Below are positions 50,183 through 61,500 of a stretch of DNA of 64,000 nt, one piece after another. The position numbers and the translations under genes were made by a program. Numbering within the stretch: position 1 is the first letter of the stretch; each line of letters starts with the position of its first letter. Under the pieces are notes generated by a model that was not told where the DNA came from, ran no database searches, and was given only the letters and a program-made list of their open reading frames with translations. Source of the stretch: Stylophora pistillata (lineage: Eukaryota); contig NW_019218027.1 of NCBI RefSeq assembly GCF_002571385.2, positions 130,637 to 194,636 on the forward strand, read 5' to 3'.

Positions 50183-53100
50183 ATGGCAATATCATGTTTC
50201 GTCAAATTTATATTGTTTTCGTTGACGACGATAGGATATTTTCAGAAAGGTTGCGGTCAATGGAGCTCTGGTAAGCCGCTGATCTGTTTCTTACACAGCC
50301 GACTGTTTTAACGTTAAAGTTGTTCCGCTCGGAACAAAATTTGTAAATTTTTGGTAATTGCCAAATGTACACCGTGTATTAACTGTGGACAAAGTTCTTT
50401 TTTTAATCATTTTAAAGACCTAATTCCTTTCATAAATGTAACGGTTATTTGTGTTTGTCGGCGACTTAATATTATATTTTGCTGCATTTCTGAACGCTGT
50501 CCTCGAGATCTAGCAACGCATCCTCAAACGCTGTTACCGATTATGTTTGATATCTATGCCTTAAATAAAATATTTAGGAGAACAGAGGACGAGTTTAAGG
50601 AGAATTTTTGGGATCAGCCTATGTTTACTTATATTTGTGAGTAGGATGTGAGTTGGAGAATTTTAATTGGACAGTTAAACATATATACTAACTAATTTGG
50701 CTACAAAACTAGCTAAGCTTCTTCCTTTAAATTTGTCGAGAACTTTAGGTTGAATGCGTCGGAAATCCAAATTGTGACACAGCATGAAAAAAGAAATATT
50801 AACTGCTTTATACCGCGAAACCGATTTACCGTGAAATCTTTCGATTGTTTCCAAAGTCAACAGAACACGAATTTGCACGAAATGCGACAAAGGGAACAAC
50901 TGGGAAAGATGACAATATTTGGTGCTCTTCAGAGCAATTTTAGTTCAATTTTCCTCTGATGGTATTTCCTAAGTAACTTGGTGAATTTTCACAATGTATT
51001 TGGCACGTAAGAATTAACGCGAGGGCATCAGTAACATTGGTGACCACAGAATTATGTATTTCAAGCATGGTTTGTTTTGTTTGTCAGCTTGGTTTTTCTG
51101 ATGTTCTTGAATAATTAAAGATGATAGGTCCAGAGAGATTTTCAGAATGGACTCTGTTGTATATTACACAAACATTAAACTTTTCAGAAGATGTTACCAG
51201 ACTGATTCCACCAATAGCCATTAATTTTTTTCCTGATTTAAGGCAATTCCCTGTTTAAGCTTAAGGCTAGCAGAATATTTTTAACAAGTAATTTTATTGC
51301 AGTATGCTTAATTAATTATTTAGAACCTCAATGAAATGTTTCTGAACGTCATTAGGTGACAAGTAAAAACTTTTGTAGTATTCTGGAGCTAAAACACATT
51401 AAATCCGATAATAATAAATTCCTCCTCTAAATTCATTAGTATTCTCAATATTGATGTGACATCCAGACTGGGTTTTCTTGGGTAGGACATACCGAAGCTA
51501 AGTTTGTCAAACAAGAATGCATACATCTTCATCGCTAACATTTTTTTTACCTGTACAGAAAACTCTGGAAGTCCAGAGTATAAAAAGCATTGAGTATATA
51601 TAATTCATTTAATAAAACAGTTTGCAAAGATGCATATGACTTTACCAAGCCAACACATTATTATGGTAGTAAAGTTTACTCCAGGGAACTTTAAAGATCC
51701 AATAAATAGTTAAAATTTCATACTAGGTACCCATGACAACATCAGTATTTAAGCCAAGTATTCATGCTTTTTTATCTTATTGCTTTTTTTAGCAAAGGAA
51801 CACCAGTTTAAAGAACTAAGTCAAAGAAAATATCTTTTAATAAAATCTTTTTTTATGAAAGAAGCTAATGAAGCTCAATCGTGAAAACCAGAACATGATA
51901 CAGTGGAATGTTTGCTTTAATTAGCTAGGTAGTGTGTCTAGGGTGGTTTCATTTAAACAAGTCTTGTCAAAAGTCAATGTCTGCCTCTTCAATGTTAGCC
52001 TCTAATTATCATCTCAGCCCTCTTGAAAGTTGTGCAGCTTGTATGATACAACTGATTGAGCAAGCATGTTTATTTAACAATAACAATAAATCCTTATTCC
52101 CCTGGCTCTGCAGATAGCAGTGCTAATCGAGTGCGAATTGAGTTATTCTTTTTGTATTTATTACATCATACCATGCAACTGATCAAGTTATGTATACTTT
52201 GTAGTACTTAAACCAAATCTTAAACGTACAAACAATCTAAGTACAAGTGCATGCTTGCATATTGGGTAGTAGCAATACATGTGATTGTACATGTACAAAT
52301 TATTACATTTGCAACATGTTTGTATAGCATTGTAATGTGTGAAGCCATTTCTGGATGATTTCTGGACCAAGTTATCAGTAGCATCTATCATATTAAGAAT
52401 TAAAGTGCCCATAATGTCAAAAAACTTTTTTCGCTCCTCTAATTCTACATCTCACCAAATTAACTTTGGTGAAACATTTTTTCGATTTGGATAAAACGCG
52501 ATTTTTTTACAAATTTTTACAAAGTTCAAAATTGTATTTTCTTGCGGTCGACCCTTGCCGCTGATCACAAGAATAACATGCTCAAAATGACCATGTGACT
52601 GATGTCTGTGACATAGGTTTAGGAACCTCACTTGACCTTAAAGTGCATATAAATACACTGGTCGAGTGCGGGTCGTTTACGATTTTGTGAGCTTACGATA
52701 TTGTGACCACTCTGAAGCAAATTCCCACTTGTTTTCAAGTCAGATAAGTCACAACCTAAAATCACATGTTCCTGAACCTACGTCACGACTCACTTTAAAC
52801 CGAGGAACACTGGTATGAATGGTGGACCAAAATGGCGGCAAATTTGAATTTCTTTAAAAACTTATAAAAAAATTGGGTTTTATCCAAATCAAAAATTTTT
52901 TTCACAGAAGTTCATTTGGTGAAATGCAGAATTAGATGAGCAAAAAACATTTTTTGACGTTATGGACACTTTAACTACATGTATTGCCACACATTCATTA
53001 GCTGAATACAAAAACTTACATTAGGCTTATATTTAAAGATTCTCATTCGTGTAAAAATGATTTTGGATACTAATAACACAATTGAATCCTAAGTGAGCAT

Positions 53101-56100
53101 TTTGCTGATGATATTCCCCAAATTTAATAGTACATTTATTGGGGATTACTAATGGACATTTCCTTCTAAATTTATTTATTAACTTTTCCACTCCCTTAGA
53201 GATCAGTAAGTAATTAATTATTTAAATGAAAATAGTGAATTTTAAGTGTGGTGATTTAGGTGAAAGGTGATGTTAATCAATGAATGATACAGGGTACACT
53301 TCAATTTGCAATAAAAATTGAATAATGGTGAGGGGGTCTTTCTTTGTGTAGAAGACACAGGACACGTCACAATAGAAATCCATCTCATAAACCTATCTTT
53401 TTCATTGTTTTCCTCATTCTTTGGTCTTTTTTTCTCTAATCATTTTACTTCAACAGGGTCTTCTACTTCAAGTAAGAGCCTAGTGTGGCTGAATTGTAAT
53501 GTCTTATCTATTTTAGGATTACAACATCTGACAGAAAATGAAAAGTTGAATCTTGAAGCAATTACAAAAATACATGTCCACCTTGATGATGATAGGAATG
53601 GGAAAGTTGACTTGAGTGAATCAAATGAGGTTAGTGTTGTGATTTACAGAAAAAAAAAAAGGTTACATCTATTCTTCCAGTCCTACTGGCCCCTTCTCTT
53701 GGACTAGATCCCAAGATCATGAGCTTTGAGTGACTTATAATTTGTAGCTTGAGAGAAAATTACATTTATTTACAGCTCTACATCTGAAAAAGCAATTGCT
53801 TGTGCCATCAAAAAATTTAGGGGAAGAATTCTGTTCTGTCTTGAGTAGTCCTCTCGTAGATGACCGCCCATTGACCCTAAGTACCATTGTACCTCTTCCT
53901 CTTCCTCCAAAGATTCATGAAGTTTCTGTAAAGTTTTTTCCTTAGTTCTTATTTACCAAGCAGGAGGTCTGTATGGGAGAATCTTGACTGAGGTCACCAG
54001 TACACACCGAATACAGTGAGGTCTGTACCAGCGACCGAGGTCAAGATTCTCCCATACAGACCGACCTAGCTCGGTTAATAAGATGTTTATTATATGGCTG
54101 TGTCTTATGTAACAATTTTTTATATTCTTTGTACCTTCTTTCCAGACCGATCTAGATGCCAGTCTAGATGGGAAAATCTAGACTGCTTTCAATATTGATT
54201 TCAGCCAATCAAATCCGTGAATTTGGTAGTTCCCAGTCCTTGTGAGACACAGCCATATAATGATACCCAATAATATTCTACAGAAAGTCAATGTGAGAGG
54301 TTAGTTAGCCCAATGGATAGTGCGCTGGACTGTTGTGCGGGAGGTCAAGGGTTCAAGCCCCGGCCGGACCAACACTCAAGGTCTCAAAATAATTGAGAAG
54401 AATTTGCTACCTTTCTATAACATCAAGAAATGGTTAGATATTCTAGTATTCTCAGATAGGGATGAATAAATGGAAGTCCTGTCTCCTGCAGGGTTGGGGT
54501 AGGAGACGTTAATTTCTCACACATGAGATTACTGTGTGGTGGATGTCCTCCCCTGGGGTGGGATGGGTGGGTTTATACATTGAGTGTAAAGCGCTGTTGA
54601 TCTGTCATTGTAAATAGCGCTCTATAAGAAATAAATTATTATTATTATTATTATTTAGTTTTTTTCCAAGAACCAAAAATATTGAGTACCCAGCCACTTC
54701 TCAAACCCTGTCCTTTTGATCTACAGTCCATTATACTGAACAACTGTAAGTTAGGGCTTTGTCTCCTTCTTGTGTAAAGCATGGGTCAAACACTTACTTT
54801 TGTGAGCTGAACTTCTGTGTGTTGTGAGTACAATACATGTTATGATGTACTAATCTTGTATATCTTAAATTGAATTCTTTAGTTTATGCGTGATGAACTT
54901 CAAGTGACTGATGAGGAACGACACTCTCACTTCCATGGAAATGATGATCTCATCTCTGTGGATGAATTCTGGCAGAGTTGGGTGCAAAGTGCAGGTCAGA
55001 ATCTATAGAAATTGAAAGTCTGTCTTTTAAACAGTAAAAGATTTGATCTTAGTAACAAGTGACTTTTAATAGTTTAATCTGATCATGTGGTTGAGGGTAA
55101 TCTAAAAAAAATGCATGGTAAAAACATGAGCATAAGTTGTGATCAGAATTATGATTCTGATGATCACATCCACACTGATTATTCATTGCCACAAATGACA
55201 GACCTTCCTTGAACAATTGAGGCACTGTTATGTTGCTAACATATTAGATTTCTGCAATATAAGTGACATTAATTTGAACCTTTTTTTGTCCCTTTCATCG
55301 TGAAACTAGCTAATAGTTGTTGTGCTTTGTAGTTCACAACTGGACTAATGAAGAAGTCACTGAATGGCTCAAGAACTCTGTCCATCTACCACAATACGCT
55401 GATGTTTTTGTGAGTGCAGCTATCAATGGATCAGATGTACCTCGGTGAGCAAGGCTACCTTGGTCCACATTAAAACTTTTTTATCACTGAAAAAAAACTA
55501 ATCTTGTTCCTTATGCAGCTCACTGCACTGGCATGGTTTCCTTGCTACAAAATTAAGTGTACAGCATGTCAACAAGAAAGTACAAGAAATCATTGAATAT
55601 TTCTGCAATGTTCAGTCCTATTCTGAACCTGCATGGAGCTTTGTAAGGTGCAAGTTATTTTCTCAGAAGATGCCCACTGCCCCTGTCCATTACTTTCTAA
55701 TCTAAAATCTGATTAATTCCTCTCCTGTACTGCTGTACTGCTGCTTCCTCTCTGTCACCCAAGATTATAAATGACGACCAGCAAACTGTAAGGGTAGTGG
55801 GATGAGTTGTTGAGGAAGGGGAGTGGTGTAATATAACCTTGTGAGTAGCATAATGATATTATACTGCTTCAGGCTGGGATTCCAAATTCCCTTTGTTTAA
55901 AATTTTTCAAAGCAGTTCGCTTTTTGCTTTGAATTTCTTCCTCTTGTTTTAATCATTGTAATCTGAAACAAAGAAAAGTAGAGAGAAAGTGGTTTGAAAA
56001 ATTTTAAAACAGTAGAGTTTGGCAATCAAATAAGTGTGGAAAAAATAGTACTTTGAATTTACCTTTCATTAAGCTGCCTCTCTATGGTCCCTCAGTCTTA

Positions 56101-58408
56101 ACAATTTTTTTTTTAATTCTTAGTTTTTGAAATGAAATTAATTATTTCTCTCCAATGTAAAAGTCTAAAGTCTTTCATGGTTTGTAGTTTGGCATTTTTC
56201 ATGAAACAATGTTTTGGTTGATTTTTCATTATGATTATAACAAGTTTTCCACATTTGATACACTGTTACTTGCCTTTCTTCTGCACATGTCAATGTACAC
56301 CCAACAGTTACATGACTTTTTCATAAATAAGCAAAGGTTGTATGTGGATTTCTGTATTTGAGGCCAATTAATTATGAATGTTGTTTGCATTTGGATTTGG
56401 ACAGCTGGCTAATGTATAAAAATTTGACAAATTGTAGCCACAGAGAAACAAGATTTTAAAACTTCCCAGAAGGTACATTTTGATAAATTGATAATTCAAT
56501 ATTTCCTTTGGACTTTATCTCCATACTCTATCAGATTATGTATAGATTCCCTCGTAGTTATATCACTCAGGTTTTCGCTGTCTTGTAGAATCCTCTATAA
56601 GTTATCGAGGAGATGAGATAGTACCATCTTTACTAACATGGAAAACTTATTCCTTGATTGTGCAAGTCTTCCAGCTTGCTCAAGCATTTTAGATATCATA
56701 AAACTAAAGGGCAAGATTGTCTTTCTCTAATTTTAGTATCGTATTAGAGAGAGTACGGTTGAGGTGCTGAGGACAGGGTGATTTTTTAAATTGGAGTTTG
56801 CATTTTGATTAGCATTTGTTTTCAAAGATATGGTGATCATAATTTGAAACAAAAAGTAATAAATTGAAATAAGTTTTCTAAATTAAACTGTAACTTACAG
56901 TAACAGGGACTTAAATTATGAAATTTTCTCAGATTATATAGAAGAAATAATCAACTTCCTCACTTATTTTTCACAAAAATTTACAGCAAAAAATTGACCC
57001 AAAAAGTTGGTAATATATAAAATACATTTTTGTCATTTTGTGTGTAAGAATTTCGAGAGAAATTGTTCAAGGGTTTTATCAAGTAGCTTTCTCAGTTTGG
57101 ATGAAATTTTAAATTGGTGTGTGAGTTTCGTTTAAAATGTGCACAATATTTTTGTCAAAAAGGAATTAGCTGGGTATGAGGAGTGTTTAAAGATTGCAAG
57201 ACTAATGCTAAAAGCAGCTGGCAACAGGTGGTTGAATGGACCTTTGGCAATTATTAATTCTCAATACTGTCACTGCTTTTGGAATGCTGAGACTAAAATC
57301 TGGACTCCTCTGCTAAATTTTCCAACCTTTTATTAATTTTCTTTCACTGGCAATGCCTATAAATTTTTTTTGAAACAGTATAAAATGAAGTATCAAATTT
57401 TCTATCTAGAGAATACTCTTTTGACTAAGCTTTGTGATGAATAATTCTTTTCACTTTGTATTGGTATGCATTTATTGCATGATAAAGTTACACAAGGTGT
57501 AGCTATGTTCCATATTTGGGGTAAGTTTGGCTTGGGTTTTATTATAAATTACCTGAAGCTATCTCACATGCATTTATGATGTACAGGCTGGCTATAGAGG
57601 AGAATGGTCTGCTTCAGAACGAACTGGGAATAAAAGATCCAAAACATCGCAAGAAAATTGGCCTACGTGCCATGGATGTTGTTCTATTTGGACCTCCATT
57701 TGGTAAGAGTGCTCAGATATGAACTGACAGTGAAATTATTCTCTTAGTTCTGTGTAACATACTTTCTGGAAATCAGTCTAACTAGTTAATGTTAGTAATA
57801 ACTTTATTACATTCAGGTCTTTTGGGTTCACAAAATGTTCTCACTGTTAATGGATGTGTATCCTTGAGAAAATTGTTTTCAATTCTGTTGTTAAAGGCAG
57901 TGTCAGGGTGGGGCTGTGTTAAAATTTTCCTTGAATAAGATTGATTGTACCTGATTCAGTGCTGTTAATTTTTTTTTTTACCTTTATACTCAAGAGTTTT
58001 AATATTCTGAGGCAGAAAATCAGCTTTCATTTTTATTTATGGATAAAGTGGTCTAATTTGACCTCAGCTTGTGAAATTTTCAATTTTTTGTGAGTTAGAG
58101 GATAATAAAGATTTGGAATACTGTTCATTTTTTTTTTGTGGAATCAAGCCAATATTAGGTCCTAGAGTGTTATCAATCTCTTCAATCCTAGTGGTGGTTC
58201 TTTCAAAGGACTGCAGTCATGATCTGCAACTAAGTTTTAGAGATATGATCATGCAGAAAATTGTTCAAAACAGATAAAAAGATAAAGAACCGTTTTTGGT
58301 AGACAATTGGTTGTATCAACTAAGTTGAAATTGTAAATTGCCCACTGTAACGAATAAAAAAACTGACGTTTCGAGCATTAGCCCTTCGTCAGAGTGAAGG
58401 AAACACTC

Positions 58409-58441
<33 letters not shown>

Positions 58442-58506
58442 TTTATTCGTTACGGTGGTCAATTTACAATTTCAACTTAGTTGATACAACCAATTATCTT
58501 GTTACC

Positions 58507-58541
<35 letters not shown>

Positions 58542-61500
58542 TTCAGCCTTTATTCATTTGTCTTTTTTGGTAGAGTTAGTAACCCTTACCCAGTCCAAAA
58601 CAAAGTCACTATTACCTAAAACATCTATTTTGAAATCATAATTGTAATGGCTTGATAATAAATTAAATACCTAACATAGATATGTGTGAAATATTTCAGT
58701 CTTAGGACATAACCTACTGAAGGATGTTGTTGTAGCATTCTCTGTGCTGGTTGCAACTGTTGGTTGCTGGATAGCTGTTTCACAGAAACGCAAAGCAAAA
58801 GAACAAATGGAACGAATGATCAAAGACATGAAAATACTCCAGCAAGCCGAGGATGGTCTCCAGGAACTGCAAACTAGGTGATATGTTGTTGTTGTTTTTT
58901 TTTTTTCTCATCAATCATTCAAACACAGTGTCTGTTTAACACTTTACACTCTAGCATCAGTATGCATATTCTCTGAGTGTTCTGTATGTGTTTTATACAC
59001 TTTCGAAGGTGCTGACAAGGAGAATTTGTTTAACAATCAAAAGCAATCAGTCTAAAGTTAACTAAATTTAATGATCATTTTCTTTATTCTCATGACCTTA
59101 ATGTTTGATTCAGGGATACTATTGTAAGAAGAAATTAGATGCCAGTCACTCTTACAGATTAAGGGTTGCAATGAATGATGTGTTTGGTATATCAACACAG
59201 CATTATTTGATGTACGAGGAAGGTGTACTTGTTGACAAGCTAACAATGCTGTTGCTATCATTAGTTATTAGTTAGTATTTTAATTTGTATCAAATCATGC
59301 TAAGTTGTTTGTCATTTCAAAGATTGGCCAAAGCAGAGGAAGATCATCATTTAGCCATTGCAGAAAAACTTGATTTAGAGGCAAGACTAAATGAAGAGCT
59401 GGAAATGTCAAAGGTGTGTATTTAATAGTGAGCTGGAGAATATATAAGATAAGCACTGTATGTCTGAAGAACTAAGTGCTTATGCCATCAGAATTAAAGC
59501 ACAGAATTCTGCTTGGTAGCAAGAAGCCCCTATGATGATCTTCAGTGTCAATTGTTGTTTAATATTGTAATGAAGTTTGGCTGACATGTGAGACCTAAGA
59601 TGTATTTATGTTGTCTAATTACTAGTATTACATTTCTTAAAGTTTGTTTCTAAACTTAGGATGGCTTGTTTGTCGACAATTACAGAACTGTTGGAACAGT
59701 TTAAAGTTTTGTCGTAACAGATGAATCATGATTTGAATCAGTCATATGAGTTCAACTAGTTTATGTCACCTTGATTGTTTTTCTGATTAATTTCAAAATT
59801 GATGTCAGTGGTTTTTTATTGCACAGAATGAAGCTCAACTTATGGCTGAAACTCGCACAGGGACAGAGGAACAAATGCAGAAACTGAAGCTTGCAGAAGA
59901 AGAGCTGGCGCAGGTAAAATTGTCGTTATAGTCAGAATTGGAAGGAGCCTTGTCATATTACAAACAAAACTGTTACTAAAATTACCCAGTAGAGGTTCAG
60001 TATTGGTGTTATATGTTGATCTGCTATAAAATTTTTTATTTTCATAGTGTTAGGAAACTATAAATTATTTGTAAGGCTGTATAGAATGGTGAGAAGGAAT
60101 GATTTGTTTAAATTCGACAAGTGGGGTTTATTTGGGCAACGTACAATACAAAAATGCGACTAGGAGCAATTAATGGGCTCTTTTAGTTACTGTCAGTAGT
60201 ACATTGCCAGTAGGTAAAGTTCACACTTTTGATGATATGTTGAACACTATACAGCGAATGCAAATATGGCGTCCAATTTGAGTTTCCATTGTTCTGGACT
60301 GGCTAGCCTCTCACACATGTAATAATCCTTTTGTATTTCCTTGTGAAGACGAGGCTAGTCAGTCCAGAACAATGGCAATTCAAATTGGACGCCGTATTTG
60401 CATTCGTTGTATATATCTATTTTTCTTTTGATTATGTTAATTAAGGTTCGCCGCGCTTTGAGGAAAGCTGAGAAAGAACTAGAATATCAGTCATGGAAGG
60501 CACCAGCTGTTCTGAAACAATGGCTACAGATGACATTCGATAAGGAAACGAAACATTTCCAGCAGAAAAGAACTGTTGCTTTGAAACAAATGAAGGAAGC
60601 AAAAGAGGCGGTAAGAATTAAACTCTTTGGAATATTCTTTTGTGTTCACAATTAGCTAATGTATAGCTAAATAAACTGACACGTAATAAATAAATAAAGT
60701 TCATCCACATTTGAAGTTATTTTAATACTAAAATCTGATTTTTTAATGAAGATCTATTTTTTGTATTAAGTGTAACAACTCAATTGATTCTGTTCCAAGA
60801 GCATCTGGGTTGTCGACTGTCGTGAGACCATCTTTCTTTGCACTTAGGTAGCACGGAAAGCCGTAAAAATCTTGAACAAAAGCTCATCTTTCAAACTGGC
60901 AGTCTAAATCCCACAGGGATCAACGAACGCTTTTCATTCCACTAATTTATTCATGTTTTTCTTGTTACCATGTTCCCACCAATAACGTAGCGCCATTTTC
61001 TGCCTTTAAAAACACACACAACCCACAATTCCTCTATTCGCTCTGACGAAGGGCTAACGCTCGAAACGTCAGCTTTTGTAATCGTTACGGTGGCCAATTT
61101 ACCATTTCAACTTTGTTGATAATTATATTCAAATTATTTCGTTACTCCCACCAATGCGGCCCCAAACAGTTTCTTTCTAAACTATCAGCCTTTTGTCATC
61201 AGACCTGTTCAATAGTAATAATCATCAACAATAAATTATGAAGACTGCAGTTTATTATTTTATCAATTTAGCTGTCTTTGTTTTGTGTAACTTAGTGTGA
61301 GAGAATAAAGAAGAAACGCAATAGCTTGATGGGATCCCTTCGTCTGGCCCATGATTTATCTATTGATGAAGTTGATCAGAAAATTCTTGGTGCCAGGTAA
61401 GTTTTGTTTCCCACCATTCTCTGGGGGATGTGTAATTTGCAGTTTCAGAAATTATACACACCCACACACCCCAAAACACTTGTCATTTTAAGGGAAAGGG

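Larger units (their letters stand above)
58304..58563. mobile_element. Penelope-like inverted pseudo-LTR insertion carrying two opposed minimal hammerhead ribozymes
   Basis: Palindrome arms 58304-58396 / 58404-58496; TTTTTGGTAGA duplicated at 58293-58303 and 58564-58574. Confidence 0.82.
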
